DNA of 64,000 bases from Anolis carolinensis (GCF_035594765.1 NC_085844.1:204864107-204928106), one strand, 5' to 3'; shown: positions 26,907 through 40,734, counted from the stretch's first letter. The notes: a model not told the origin generated them from the sequence alone. Translations and numbers: made by a program.

Positions 26907-27868
26907 CTGTAAATGGAACAAAACAAAGTTGATTGTAACTCAGAACACTTGATTATTATTTTCTGTCTCTATGTGTACTACTGCCCAATTCAAACAATTA
27001 TGGGAAAGAATTCTCATTCACCTAACATTTGCTAAATTGGGCTGAAAGAAGTCTATCCTTGTGGCAGTTACCCACATTTCAAGTTTGCTGAAAACAACAA
27101 CATGCTCAGTTGGTCTATTTGTGATCTCTGTTAAAGCAACTTGAGCACATTTAGTAGTAGATCAGATGCAACTCTACATCATTCTGCCAGAAGACCTTCT
27201 CACACCTGGCTTGGAAGTATAGCTTCAAGGACAAAAATAGAAGGCTATGACTAATGGATGTGAATAGATTCATTTATTATTCTGGTCATAATTTATTATT
27301 ATAATAATTTATTATTCAGTGGGACTAAAGAGAAGATGTTTAGATTCTTTCCCTTTATTAATGCAAGACAACAAACAATGTTTGGGGGTCATTTGCTTCC
27401 TATGCATGTATAAAAACCATGGACTAACATGGTACCATATGTTGTTTTTCTTTTCCACATAACACTGCATTCCTGCAGTTTTTTCTTATATCATACAAAT
27501 GTCATTGAAATGTACAATATAGTAAATATTATTCATAATGTGCCATTTTCCTACATGGATACAAACATCTTACACTCATGATTCTTTGAGTTCAGACACC
27601 ACACTTTTTACATGGCACAAAAAAACTAACCATAATTAGAAAACAACTGCCATGTTCAGGTGTAAAGTTACTGACTTATCCCTTTCTCTGTGAAAGTAAC
27701 AGAGGACAATGATTTTAAAGACAGGAGCTTGTAGTAATGATCTCTATACTCCTAAATATTTAAAGACATATGAACCAAATGAAATGTTAAAATTAAGGCA
27801 TTATACAACAGATAAACTGTGTCTGTGGGCCTGCACGGTCATCATTAACCATCCTCTTGAATACTTAC

Positions 27869-27919
27869 CATGCAAATATTTAATTGTTGCACTCTCTTTT
27901 TCTTGAGTTTGCAGTCTGT
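27869..27919 (-). CDS. TRAF3IP3: TRAF3IP3-like exon (51 nt): NRLQTQEKESATIKYLH
   Basis: aattccag|AC...CATG|gtaagt, phase 1-1, open frame. Weak similarity to DQLKRSEAEKLTL. Confidence 0.72.
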
Positions 27920-28258
27920 CTGGAATTAATGATTAACTTTTCAGAAATAATACATAATTATGCAAGGCTTTTCTTATAATAGCATCTGCACTAGTTCGAA
28001 AAAGAATGACACCTAGCTCTAACCTACAGAAGTCAAAGGAAAATTCTCCCTACTGGTTTATGCAAATCCTTTCCTTTTCTGAATCCATCTGAGTCAGGGT
28101 TGTGATGTCATACTGCATTAATTATACAGTGTACATACAACCTTAATTGCTACAGAGAAAATTCTGAAGCTATGTTGCAAATAGGTGGTCAGTACCTCCT
28201 CTCTGCCTAAACCTTAGAAGTGTTGTGACCCAGCTTCCCACTTCTACAAATGTCTTAC

Positions 28259-28394
28259 TTTCCACTGCACTGAGATTCTCCACTGAAAGCCTGTTGTCTT
28301 CTTTGACATTATCAGGTTTAGCGGAGAGACTTGTGCATTCACTCTCCAAGTCCTGCAGGTTTTGGTGCAACTGAGAGTTCTGAGTCTCTGGCTG
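28259..28394 (-). CDS. TRAF3IP3: TRAF3IP3-like exon (136 nt): QPETQNSQLHQNLQDLESECTSLSAKPDNVKEDNRLSVENLSAVE
   Basis: NAGNAG acceptor ctctttgcag|cag, donor GAAA|gtaag, phase 0-1. Aligns positionally with the GADSRDLQMNQALRFLENE segment. Confidence 0.82.
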
Positions 28395-29810
28395 CTGCAA
28401 AGAGAACAACCAGAAGAGCAAAGGGCTGGTTAGCAAAATAAATGATGAGTCTGTATGGTTCCTCCATATAAATAAATATTGATCTACACACATACATTTG
28501 AAAAGAGTAAGCCATTTAGTCCCTTAATTTTTTTAAAGGGCTAATTCAATGCGTTAAAAGAGAAAAAAAATGCCAGCTACCATAATGAACATTTGTGCTG
28601 ATCCTTTAAGTGTGCCTCTCAGTGCTTCATCATACTTTTTGCTGATTTGCTTCCAAACACTATCTTAATTTTTAAAAAGGTTTAAAAGTGGCACATTTCA
28701 ATTAGTAGTTGTCTTGCTTATGATGTGGGCATGTCCAGCTCTTTAGGACATATGGAGAAAAGGGGAAAAAAGGGTGGAAACATTCCAACCATAGGGAGAG
28801 GGGAATAATACACGCCTGCTTTGATCACCACAATTCACACAATGATAAAAAGAAATCTCACATTTCATTTAGGAAGAAGTCACTCCAGAATACTATGGAA
28901 AAAGAAGTGAAGCAACACAAAACTTTTGATTGGTAGAAAAGCATCCGATTTCAAAAAGTATGTACAGGAATACCATATTTATTCCTCTTAACATCTTTGC
29001 TCTATCTGGACCAGCCCACAGAATGACATTTTCAGAGATGAAAGCTGGACTTAATATGGTTCCAGAAGATAATAGGCTTTCTAGTCTGCATTAAGCATTT
29101 GTATAGAATCACTTTAAAAATGCTCTGCAAGGGGAAAATTGGCATTTGTTTTTTAAAAACAAAATCCATGTGGGGTTTAAAGTCAGTGTCTATGCTTCTG
29201 GGTCAGAATAGGTGAACAACTTAACCCATTGTTAGACCATATTGCTCAGGATGAGGATTATTAACATGAGAGACCAGGGATGGAAAACAGTAGTAGGTGT
29301 GAGTGCTATTTTTCCTCAAATTCCTCTCCAAATTCTGAAAATGGAATCTTCCCTAGAAATTGACAGAAAGGTGATGTCTGATTTATTTTGGAGTCCCAAA
29401 TTTGCATGTGTGGGATCCTCTAAAATAATCTGTTGTGGCCCTTGTAACACAATTGTCAGGTTTTTGGCCAAAACACTGGAGGGGAGGTGCTGGGGACCAA
29501 AGACAATCTGGTAGGCCATATGTAGCCTAAAGGCCATGTAATTTCTACGGTGGTTTAAGCTTATTCATCTTGATGTTCGACAGTGCACCCAATTTAAATT
29601 CTGTTTTTGAGTATTCAAGGCTATAAATCCTAGCTGCTATGGATATTCTACATAACTCCTGGATAACTCCTGGAATGCTGGTTGGGTCTCTGGTGTTTGG
29701 CACAAAACAAAAAAATGCCAAGGGACCTTCAACCTAGAACAGCCTTTTAGTTGCTTGCATGAAAAAAAAAATCTAGAACACAATCCTATACAGAGATATA
29801 AGGAATTTAC

Positions 29811-29948
29811 CTGAAGTTTGTTTTCCAAGATGTAAAGCTTGTTTTCTTGTTCGGCATGCTTGCCAGGCTGCTGGCTCCAGTCTTGTTTTAATATGTTGCA
29901 CTGTTCTTTCCAGAGGGTACACTCTTCCTGTACAATAGCTAAGTTTCT
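29811..29948 (-). CDS. TRAF3IP3: TRAF3IP3-like exon (138 nt): RNLAIVQEECTLWKEQCNILKQDWSQQPGKHAEQENKLYILENKLQ
   Basis: cctactag|AGA...CAG|gtaaa. Compare RSLALAEQKCEEWRSQYEALKEDW...SKLQ. Confidence 0.92.
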
Positions 29949-31612
29949 CTAGTAGGTGATATGAGAGTCAGGTATAAACTTGTGAGAATCAGGGCATACG
30001 CAAGTTACTCTCTGGATGATTACTTCCAGAAGCCCCTAGGCAGTATGGCCATTAGACTTCTCCAAATATTGTTAGGCATATGTTAGCCATAATTAACAAA
30101 TATGCTTTGTGGAAAGTCAAGTAGCCCTTTCCTATACCACACACATTCGTTCTGGTGTCTGTTTGCCTTTACTTAACTATTTAACTCAACTTCTTAGACC
30201 GTTGCTAAGATTCATGCCTATGGCCTGAAGAGTTCTGTTTGGGCAAGGAGCTGCAGATACTTGCTGTTTTTAAACTGCCAAGAACACAATGAAGTAGGCT
30301 CTGAAGCCATTGGTGGTCATTAATTGTATGATTTTCATTTCTTTGTGACATATGTTTCTCATAGACAAAGAGCTGTGCAAAACTCAAAAAGTTCAAACAC
30401 CATTACAACAACTCTTCCTTCGCTAGAAGTATTCTCTAATATTCTGTGTCCCCTATTTATTAGCTTTTTATATGGTGCCATCCAGTGGAGAGAAAAAAAG
30501 ACTGTAGGGTCAAGAAAATATATCCAATGTATTTCTGGATTTATTTCTCATCCCTTTCAACACCATACTGAGAATTGTTTTGAATAGCAACTAGCATAGT
30601 AAAGCAGTAATTTTTCCAAATTTGGGGGCAAAGGAGCTATTCATTCATTGTCAACAAACTAGTTTGGTTTGCATGTATAATAATATTTTGCTGTGGGAAG
30701 ACAGCATCTTGTTTCCTTTTTATTAAGTAATATTTATCATTGGACTGTCTAAGAACATTGAAATCAGTAATTCATGAATATATAATGAAATAACATCGCA
30801 CAACATTATTAAACAGTAACAACAGCAATGATAATAGTAATATATAATTCAGAACAATTAGAAGCTTTTTAGTGCTCAAGACATGAAATAAATATTCTTC
30901 AAAGGAAAATATCAAGAAAATGCAGGCTTTGCAGCATGCCAGATTAATATAGGTCATTTACAACCTAGGATTCTATTTCAGAACTTTACAATGCTGTACA
31001 TTGATTCAAAGGGTTAATGGATAAATATATTCATTCATGCATTCTACTGCATGAACATTGCATGGTGTTTTCCTGACAGCTCTCCTTTCCTTCATGAAAT
31101 CAGATCTGGGGCTTAGAAAGGATGGCAAAGATGTGCTCTGAACCAGAGACTCCTGGATTTGTAGCTTAGCCACTCAACCACCTTTCTGCAACGGTGGCAT
31201 TTTTCCCCTATACATATTATTCCCTCCACTGGATATGCTCCTGTTTTTCAGCATGGATATATTTCTGTCTATGACATGAAAAACAAATGCTGAGAAGGGA
31301 GAAAGAACATTTTCAGTTGACAGAATGGAAATCTGTGAGCATTAGAAATGAAATGTTACTACCAGCAGCAAACCCCAAACCTCCATCTACTGCGCAACAG
31401 GAGATGATGCCTCAAACAGAAAGAAACACAGTGATCTGCTTAAGAAGATATTGATCAATCCTGCTCTGAAAACATACTTTGCTCTTGCTGCTTTCAAGTT
31501 TCACCTTCCTGGTTCACTTCATATGTAACAAGATACCTGCATGTCAGATGGAGAATGGGACGAAAATTCTGCCCAGTAGCCTAGAGGCACTCTGCTGAAA
31601 TTTCATACCTAC

Positions 31613-31753
31613 CTGGACATTCTCAAGTTGTCTTTCTAATTGCAGTTTCTCTTGAAGCAACTTCTGAAGAGACTCTTTCATTTTCTGCTGATAGTTCTGC
31701 TTTTGATCTTCTAGATCCAGAATAACTCTTTGTAAGTTCCGTTCTGAGTACTT
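31613..31753 (-). CDS. TRAF3IP3: TRAF3IP3-like exon (141 nt): KYSERNLQRVILDLEDQKQNYQQKMKESLQKLLQEKLQLERQLENVQ
   Basis: ttttctctag|AAG...CAG|gtagg. Compare KYSPWGMKKVLLEMEDQKNSYEQKAKESLQKVLEEK. Confidence 0.93.
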
Positions 31754-33048
31754 CTAGAGAAAACAACAGAAAACTAGAGAATGATTCCTAGTGTTAATGT
31801 ATTGGGTTGATACACTAAGGTGAGCAATTTTAACAATATTGTATTGTTTTATATATAATCTCATTCTTTTCTTTTTTTTCTCCTTCATCATTGTCATCAT
31901 CATACATGCTCTCAGCACTGCTGGCCATTCCATCCTACATTTGGCTCTAGCCTTTTTGGAGATCGTGAGGGACTTTTCAAAACCAGTAGTGACTGTACGC
32001 ATGAACTTCTACTAGGTCATCTCCTCATACCAATAAGCATGAAACGAGGTTTTTAGGTTTCATTTTTGGGTATATGTGTAGCAAGACTAGTGGGAAAAGA
32101 CAGGGATCCCTCCGACCAGAGTATAGGTTCTTCACATTTTGTCTTTTTTGGGATTAGGCTTACTGAAATTGATAAGACATCAGTAATGAACAATTTAACT
32201 ACCAAAGACCTCACTGGAATTCAGTCATGGTTTAATAATTTGAATTCAACTCATTAAAAGCAAGAATAGCCCTAATTTATCAAGATAGGAATCCTATCCT
32301 GGATAATTTTTGTACTGAACAACTTAGTAAAATCATTTAGGGAGATTGATCCAATTATTCCCATTAACACAAGATTAAAACTGGAGCATAGCAGCAACAT
32401 TTTAAATCCTTATGGCTTAGGAGCATTTTTTCTTGTAATACAGGCCACAAAATCCAGCCATAATTATTTTTAACATAATTATTTTCAAAAATTCTGCTCT
32501 TATTATCTTTAAAGAAAAGCAGTGATGACATTCCTTTTGATTTCAAACAAAACATTAGTATGCTGCTTTCTCATGCACTTTCAAGACAGTCAAATGTGGT
32601 GATGTTTCAGCAATGATCATATTCATTGGCACACAGACCACAAATACTACAGTATTTTTATTTACAGCTCTAACTGCATTCAAGAAGCCATCCTGAGTCC
32701 CTTCAGGGAGAGAGGGCGGGTTAAAAATAAAGTTTTTACTTTTTCCAAAAAAAATCCTTTTAGATTTGAAATCCCGCATCAAACATTTTGGAAATGCCTA
32801 GCATTACTCTTAAGGAGTCAATGGACAACTAGAAAGAGCTAGGGATTTTACTAGAAGCATAAAAGGGTCAGCTTTGTACTCAGAGTCTGAGGTTCATCAC
32901 CCTTAAACCAGAGGATGCCCGTGTTATTATATACCTTATCTATAACAAGACTCTGTCAGAATGCAGAAGTTCGCTATGTCTGACATACATGCCCAAGCTA
33001 TCTCTGCTTTGAGAAACAGGTCTTTTCCTTTTTATCTGATGATGTTAC

Positions 33049-33120
33049 CTGAGAGCAAATCAGAAGCTGATTTGTCAAATTATCCACTCTGTCTTTGAGT
33101 TTGTCTTCGTTTAAGTAATC
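33049..33120 (-). CDS. TRAF3IP3: TRAF3IP3-like exon (72 nt): DYLNEDKLKDRVDNLTNQLLICSQ
   Basis: ttcttgtcag|GAT...CAG|gtaac. Compare GQLNEDKLKGKLRSLENQLYTCTQ. Confidence 0.92.
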
Positions 33121-34176
33121 CTGACAAGAAAAGAAAGTTGTAAATTTTGTATCACATTCTAAACATTGGTCAAGAAATGAATATATACAAATGTGTCCAT
33201 ATGTTGGAGTAGACAAAGTCAAGCCTGTGGGCCACATATGGCTCATAGCTATTTTTGTGGCTTTCTTTGTCCCTAACAAAAGGTATTGCCCACATATCCC
33301 AGCCAGACCACTATTTACTGCATCCTTATACACACATACATCAAACGTTGTGGAATCTCAGAATAAACATAAAAAGCTACTTTGAAAGCATTGTAACCAA
33401 GAAAAGGAAATGAAAATAGAAAAAGAAAATAGAATATTTTGATTAAAATGGTCCCCAAACTCCTTAGATAGCATTCGGGGGTGGGGGGTGCACCATGTTT
33501 TCGCTGTTCAGAGCCACTCCAAAAGAAGACTCTCTTAGCCTTAAAACAGTTGGAAAGGGGCATGGATGTGGCCAAACCGCTTCCAAATCCCCTATGAATG
33601 TGAAGGGGTCATTTTGAGCAATAAAGATAGATGTTGTACATCTTTATTTATTGCCCCAAATACATAACTTGCCTACTGCCATTCTATATTGTATTTCCAA
33701 AAGATAACCAATAATAGGTTAGAGTCCAATATTGAGTTAAAATATTGTTTGCTCTTTGATTAATGGCTACTAGTGCTACCAGTCAAAAGCTATTGCGCAG
33801 CTATTCTGTCTTTCTTTTCATAGTAGACATTATGTAATAAGAAAAAAGAAAGATAGGAGAAGAGATGGGAAAATACAGGGAGGTTACAAATGAAATATGG
33901 CATTACCTGAACAAGACAGGGTAACTACACAATAAAAGTCTAGCTTGGTTTATTTAAGGTGGGTTGATGATCTGTATTAAAGCAAAGGCCTGATACCATG
34001 GACAAATCTTGCCTTCTGTATGTGTAAAAATGCAACTTTGATTCTCATTTTATTGAAAAAGGAACTGACTAATTTCCTATTTTATAGCACAGGATTTTCA
34101 ACAGGCATTGCCTGAAACACTGAATGCAGATAACAGCTTGTGGGTTTTTTTCCTAGATGCTGTTGTACTTAAAAAG

Positions 34177-34593
34177 TACATGAAGTACCTGGATTACGAA
34201 CAAGATGTGTTCTGCAGGTCTGTTCTTAAGTTGAATTTGTATGCAGATTGGAATGCGTAATTTTTTAAAGTGTAACTCCAGCCAAATATTGGTTTAGTTT
34301 TGGATAGTATAGGGAAGGGTTAACACCCCTGTGGTGTTTGCTTTGCGTCCCTTTTAAGCGGATTTCACCTCACTTTCTGTCCTGGTGATAATTGGATTTT
34401 AAAAACTTTGGCTTGTTTTGAAAAGAATGATTGGAGATAAAGCTTCAGTGGAGGCACCTTTCTCCCATGGTAACTCTCCCAGGAGTGAATTTCCCTTCCT
34501 AAGGGTAGGTTTCTTCTGATTTCCTGTTGTCTCCCCTCCATTTGTTAGGAGTCGTATGTAAGCTGGATGTTTGTAACTTGGGGACTGCCTGTA
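34177..34593. mobile_element. Tc1/mariner-Tigger-type MITE (same family)
   Basis: Ends GTAACTTGGGGACTGCCTGTA. Shared internal GGGAAGGGTTAACACCCCTGTGGTGTTTG. Confidence 0.8.
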
Positions 34594-36114
34594 TTAAAAA
34601 AAACACCTGAGTTTGGAACAAGCTTTTGCTTTTCAACAGATTCATTTTTTTCTCATATTTCAAAAATTCAAGTGTCAATGTTTCTGAGCTGCAATCTGTT
34701 TTGAAATCCCAACAGCAAACTAACTGTTGTTCTGATGGAAAGTCAAAAATTGACTGTGGTGGAAATTATCTATCAGAACAGAAATGCTCAGAAACAAAAA
34801 GCCTGCACCCACCTGTTGCTAAGCTGAGGTTTGACTGCTGCTTCCTGCCTGCAAGACTGTCAGCCTATTTTTCCTTGATCCGGTGAAGTGTGACAGAAGT
34901 GTTACACAGAGGAAGTCTCAAAAACCACAATGCACCATACAAGACATTTCTGTTCTGACAGATCTCTTGCTTATCTTATTTTTCAATCCTTTGGCAAACT
35001 ACATTGAACTACATTTTTTTCTCAGCAAGATGTGTTTTCTTCAATGTTATAGTTTCAAGACTCCATGAAGCTTACACACTGTGTCTGTCTGTGTGCCATC
35101 AAGTCACTTGTTGACATATGGTCACCACATGGCTCTCTTAGGGTTTTATTGGGCAAGGGGAAGCTTTGCTGATTCCTTCAACTTTATGAGGTCTTTATTG
35201 TAGAAAAACATCGTCTCCCTTTTGTATTTTCCCACAAACCTTCCCTTATTTTCCCACTGATTCTTCAATTTTTGTTCTTTTCATTCAAAAAAAATCTGAG
35301 GGGTAATCTGAAGAACCCTATGTTTCTATATAAGCTGACTGAGTTTTGAAATTTTCAAAGGTGGCCACCACACTCCTAGATGCAATAGAAGAAAACATTC
35401 TTGTTGCTTGATTCAATCTTCCCCAGAACGCCCCTTCTATACAGAGGCTAGACTAGATGCTTATTGGCAGCAGATTGAAGATTTTAATTTCTTTGTTTTG
35501 ATAGATCCTTGGGAATTCTCTGGGTAAGGATTTTTGATAACTGTGTTGTATTGTTTTAAAAATGTGTAAGCTGTCTTGAATTCCAGGAATGGGAAAAGGA
35601 AATGATAAGAATTAGTTGATAGCACAAGAAGACTGATTGGAAAAGCCACTTTGATTGAGAGACCATACATTCTGGAGTTCAGTGGATTTAACACACCATC
35701 CAGTTATGAACTTCTTCTGTCCTATAGTGGGATATGATTGGATAGTAGAATATTTGGTCTCTGTTTTTAGTATGATATCAATGAAAACATGACTCTTAGA
35801 AAACAGATAAAGACCTAGCAAGGAGATAAAATATATGGATGGCACCTGCTAATACCTATAGCTTAGCACCTATAATATTTTTTGAGGCAACAACGTATCG
35901 CTCACAATCTGAGTATCAAGAAACATTGTAACAAAACTGAAGAAGAAAACGTATACTTATGTATATATATGCCTTTCTGTCAAAGAAAAACATGATTTTT
36001 TCTAACAATAAATGACTTCTGATGAAGTACTAACAGTGCTTTTGAGCACCTCTAAGAAGATACCAATAATTATGTATATAACATTATTAATATCATTAAG
36101 GCTTTTTTAAATAC

Positions 36115-36210
36115 CTTCCAAGATTTTTCTGCTACTTGATATAAGTTGGATAGAAGCCCCTGTAAATTCACCATTTTCCGTTTCAGCAGTAGCTCTCGAT
36201 ATAGTGCCTC
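36115..36210 (-). CDS. TRAF3IP3: TRAF3IP3-like exon (96 nt): EALYRELLLKRKMVNLQGLLSNLYQVAEKSWK
   Basis: catttctag|GAG...AAG|gtatt. Strong match to recalled EALQRELVLKQKMVILQDLLSTLIQASDSSWK (SLMAP/T3JAM-type coiled coil). Confidence 0.93.
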
Positions 36211-36529
36211 CTAGAAATGAAATAAATAAATTAGACAGTACAATGTGGACAAAAAATACCCCACTCCTAAGCAACTTCAGATTTTATCCCTCAACGTTTC
36301 TGCTGGGAAATGATAACAATGTAGGAGCCATCGTGGACCTCCAAGGGGCAAGACTTCCAAAACTGGGTTGCTGTTGGCCAAAGCCATTGTTATAAATTTG
36401 AACATTGCTTTGCTTGCATGGAAAATTAAAGCAACAATCCTGTAGTTATTGTAAGCCCTGGTATAGGAATGTGTATTGAACCAGTTTTGTTTTCCATATT
36501 TATTGACAGATTTTATATAGAACCACACT

Positions 36530-37400
36530 AAATTCTGACTCTGTAGCTTCGGAGCAGCAATATTGGTATGCCATCTTTTCCTGGTAATTTATTTGTCCAA
36601 TGTGCTCTGAGAATAGTTTCCACTTCACTTTCTATAATAATAAGTTCATCATCAGTAGGTTCTTCCTTGAATGAATTTGTGATGAACAAATTATTGGCCT
36701 TGCAAAATTCCATTAGTAACTATCCTGCCTCATTTCTTGGCCCAAGGCCAAATTTTCATACAATCTTTGATTCTATTCATTTTCTTAATTTTCCATTCAA
36801 ATGATCCATGATTAACAACTCCTGTTTAATGTGTGACCAATTTCCTACTGGATTGTAGCATTTAATCTTTGATCCCCCCCCTTTTTTACCTCTGTAATTG
36901 TAGCATAAACATCGATTGTGCCTATATTAATAGGTTTTCTCTGAAGTCTTTGATTAGACTTTGAATATCCTTTGAGTGCTTTTGCTACATTTCTCCCCAC
37001 TATTTATGCCATCCTATTTCTTCTTAGGCCCCATCTACACTGCTATGATAATGCAGATTGAACTGAAATATGAAGCAGTGTAGACACAGAATCTAGTCCA
37101 ATGCAGTTCAGTCTGAATTCTATGAGTCTACCGATCATATCCAGTTCAAACTGCATTATATGGCAGTTTAGAGGGGCCTTAAGATTTTCATTTCCTGAGT
37201 AAAACACTATGTAGTTATCAGTCTTAAAATGTCCCATTACTGTCCATTTTAGCCCCCTCATGCCAAGCATTGCAATATTTATACATCGCAGCTTGTTCTG
37301 TTATGTCTAGCTTTCCCAGATTCATGCATCTTATTTTCCATGTTCATAGAATAAGTCCTGCACAGCTTCAGATTTTCCTACCATCTCTGCACATGTCAAG
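36530..37400 (-). mobile_element. Old RTE LINE fragments (endonuclease region) interrupted by a Harbinger-like MITE (~37026-37180)
   Basis: Translated pieces LKWT.MGHF....Y.VFYSGNE, EFCKANNLFITN and ESEV...L.....NK.PG.DGIP. Confidence 0.75.
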
Positions 37401-38084
37401 CAATGAATGTCCTTTTGAACTGAATCCAGTTGCATTGACAGTCACAGTGGTGCTCATAGTTGTCTTATGCTGTGCCTTCCAAGCTTCGAGTTTCATTTTC
37501 TGGCACTGTCTCTTCTTTCCACCATTGGTGGATGGGCCCATGGGATTTCATCCCCCATATTCAATACCACTAGGAATCTAATAGTGGGAAATGACTGGTA
37601 AGTAGTGGTAGTCTTTACTTTGTTGAAAAATATACAAAACCACATGGTGGTCTTTAGGAAGTTTACTCAACTTCATCAAATGTTATTAAACTATGACCTT
37701 GATCAATGTTTTCCTTAATGTCCTAAGGGCAAACGTAATTTTTGTGTACCGAAAATCTGAGGAATTGAAAATTTTATACTCCAGCTCTGTATTTAATGTC
37801 TTAGGCACAGACCTATCTGGAGGTAAGAAAACAACCAATTCAGTAAATTCTTTTCTGAGGAAAGAGGAAAAACTGTGGTATTGTTTATTTATTTATATTG
37901 TACACAACACCAGAAAAATAAATAAGAATCTTGCACAAATAAACAAGTTTTACTGGCATCTGAGAATGCAGAGACAGAAGACTCCCCATCAGGAAGAAGT
38001 TGCAAAGCAGGGACTATCACCAATAAATCTCTGTCATGTCTAAATCTTCATAAATTACGACAAGTTAGTTTAAGAATTACTCAC

Positions 38085-38114
38085 CTCAATGTAGATAGAA
38101 AGCTGAGTCACTTC
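38085..38114 (-). CDS. TRAF3IP3: TRAF3IP3-like micro-exon (30 nt): EVTQLSIYIE
   Basis: tttatttcag|GAA...GAG|gtgag, phase 0-0. Compare EIIQLSDYLK. Confidence 0.87.
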
Positions 38115-38898
38115 CTGAAATAAAAAAAACATTTATTTATTATTCTATATGTGTTTAACATGGAAATGTCAAATCTGAAAAGGAAATGGAACCGGTCATT
38201 AATAGTATGCTAGACTCTGAGAATTCTGTTGGCCAAATAAATGAGCCAGTGTTTTGAGTGCTGCCGAAGGCGTGTCTCCTACCCCAGTCAAAAGTCACAT
38301 GCTTAAAATTCATTTGCAGTAAGAAAAAGGCCAGAAGCTGTAGCAGAAGACCATGGGAGTACTGCAAGAGAAGGGAAGTGATATGATGTCTGGACTGACA
38401 ATAAAATCCTAAGGAAGTGGTGAAGCAATCAAACAATAAGATTGTATTAAATCATATTGCGTTTAAATTATTATTATAGTTTTTATTGCTAGGAAGAAGT
38501 GCTTGTTAGTTTTTCTGCCCAAGGCCCCCAAAAACCTTGACCACCCTCAACACTCTACACAATGAGTTGGAAGGGAATCCAGGACTCACTGGTTACTTTA
38601 CCAAATGTAGTAAAATTGTCCTTGGAAATACCCAAAAAAAACCAGGATGCTGAATGATTAAACAAAAGTGAAACATTTACCAGTATTTAAAGTGATAGTT
38701 TTGCAATCTTATATAGACAGTATGAAGGAAAAGTCGGGGAATCGGGCCGGCTTACACGGGGACCAAGCCTGACAGTATACAATAAAATACAACCACAAAA
38801 ATACATGCCAATTACAACAAATTAATACATGAGAACTATACTTGTTTTTAATGTCTTAAGGAAACTGGATTCCCATCACAATTTCAAGTTCTGCTTAC

Positions 38899-38923
38899 CT
38901 TATCAACAACTGTTTTTTCACAG
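38899..38923 (-). CDS. TRAF3IP3: TRAF3IP3-like micro-exon (25 nt): DCEKTVVDK
   Basis: ctttttcag|C...AAG|gtaag, phase 2-0. Compare YGVAVLDK. Confidence 0.85.
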
Positions 38924-39689
38924 CTGAAAAAGAAAAAGCACAGAACTTTATTTTCAGGCACTGGAATAATAGGACAGGGGTCCAGGTAATTATTGAGCAT
39001 TTCAATGCAAAACAAACAGAAAGCAACCTACTGAAGAATTTACCAAAGATGAAATCTAGAAAGAAAGCTCATTGTCACTAAGTTCTCCCAAGTAGCACCA
39101 CCAATGGAAAAACAAACTGTACTTTTACGTAGCATCCAAGTAGTAGTATATTCATGTCACATATATTCATGTGTACAAGTGTGAATGTTTGCCATCAGTT
39201 TCACTGAACTCATCCATGCTGCTGATTTGTATATGTCATGAAATGGGTTTCTTCACACTCATCACAACACAACTTCAATGAACAGAAACCCACTCATTTA
39301 CAAAAAGCGTTGTACCTGGAATCACTGTGTCTGAACTACGTTCAGAATTGTTGGAGTCTTAACTGGGAGGTTCATGAGATTTCTTTAATGTTCCCAAGAC
39401 AAACTGCCATGGGAATTTCTTTAAGATGCTTAAAAACATCTTTTTCACATCATTAGACCATATTTCTATAGGAAGATGTGGCTTGTGAAAGTAAAGTATC
39501 TAACAGAGAACTTCTAGAAACTGACCCTGGCAGTATTAATGAAAGACCCCAAACATCCTCCAGATTAAATTATAACTTTTGATACAAGTGGGAGGAAATA
39601 TTTTGTCATTTATATTTAAAATTTCCAATACTCAATATTCTACATGAAACATAAGAAGTACAAAAACACACAGTAAAATACTTGCTTAC

Positions 39690-39747
39690 TCTGTCTGTTG
39701 GCTTGAGTTTTTCTTTACTGCACTGGATTCCACAGTGGTTTGTGTTC
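39690..39747 (-). CDS. TRAF3IP3: TRAF3IP3-like exon (58 nt): GTQTTVESSAVKKNSSQQT
   Basis: catatag|GA...GA|gtaag, phase 1-2. Matches recalled RGTQTKAEGPTIKNDASQQTN. Confidence 0.87.
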
Positions 39748-40173
39748 CTATATGAACATAACATTCAATTCAAATACTTCAAACAACGGAGATTTAAATA
39801 TTATTAGAGATTTTTGATAAGACTGTTTTTTTCTTGTGAAAGCAATTAAAGATGGCAGAAACAAATGCAGGTTTTTCTAAAAAATTAAAAGCCCCACTTC
39901 TATTGTTTTATTATTTCAATATGCATTTGATTTGTGAAAACAATATTCAAAGAATTTTGTCATATGTGGATAGGTAAAACCATATGTACTAATTCCATGA
40001 GTTTAGGGGTTGTACGGTATTAATATTTTAAAGTTTTCAACAGGAGAACAATTGTACTTAAATGTTTTAGCATCCTTGGAAAAATGTTCAAGTTATACAC
40101 ATAAATGTAGGAAATGCACAATCAAGTCACTGATTGGCTAGATGGAAATGTGATTTTAAACTTTTCTGCTTAC

Positions 40174-40306
40174 CTCTAGAGTTTCTAGAAACTTCCACAG
40201 CGAGCTTGTTTTCAGAAGAGTCCAATTTGCTATCTACAAAAATATCACTGAGGTCGCACTGAATAGCCTTGTGATGAAGTTGGGTGATCTGATTACTCCA
40301 AGACTC
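40174..40306 (-). CDS. TRAF3IP3: TRAF3IP3-like exon (133 nt): ESWSNQITQLHHKAIQCDLSDIFVDSKLDSSENKLAVEVSRNSR
   Basis: ttgtttcag|GAG...AGAG|gtaag, phase 0-1 compatible with both neighbours. CDLSD resembles human CRDLSD. Confidence 0.8.
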
Positions 40307-40734
40307 CTGAAACAAAATTGTAATTTATTCTTTTGAATCTGTTTCTCCTCTTCAAGATGTTGGCCTTAACCCTGAGAAAATAAGTAATGGCTCACTTCTA
40401 CTGAATTCAAGTAAACTGGGATTACAAATCTACTTTCTGAATTGTTCCAGTATCAAACTGTCTTCCTTAAAAGTAGCTTGCCTTATTTACTGTCTTATTA
40501 TTATGCCAAAATAGCACTATTTTGGTACAGTATTTTAAAAAGAAAACAAAGCAAACTCTAACCAAAGCACCATCAACACTGACATTATAATGCAGACTGA
40601 ACTAGATTATATGGCACTGTAGACTCACATAATCCAGTTCAATCTGAATTATATGAGTCTACACTGACCATATTATGCAGTTCAACCTGCATTATATGGT
40701 AGTTTAGATAAAGCCTGAAGCTCCCCCTCTAAGG

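Larger units (their letters stand above)
25757..26972 (+). repeat. Tandem duplication of a ~230 bp exon-containing unit, separated by a MITE
   Basis: TGATCCATAGGA(T/C)ACCAATTA...ATCACATCTGTAAA(C/T)GGAACAAA at ~25760-25938 and ~26782-26951. Confidence 0.88.
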
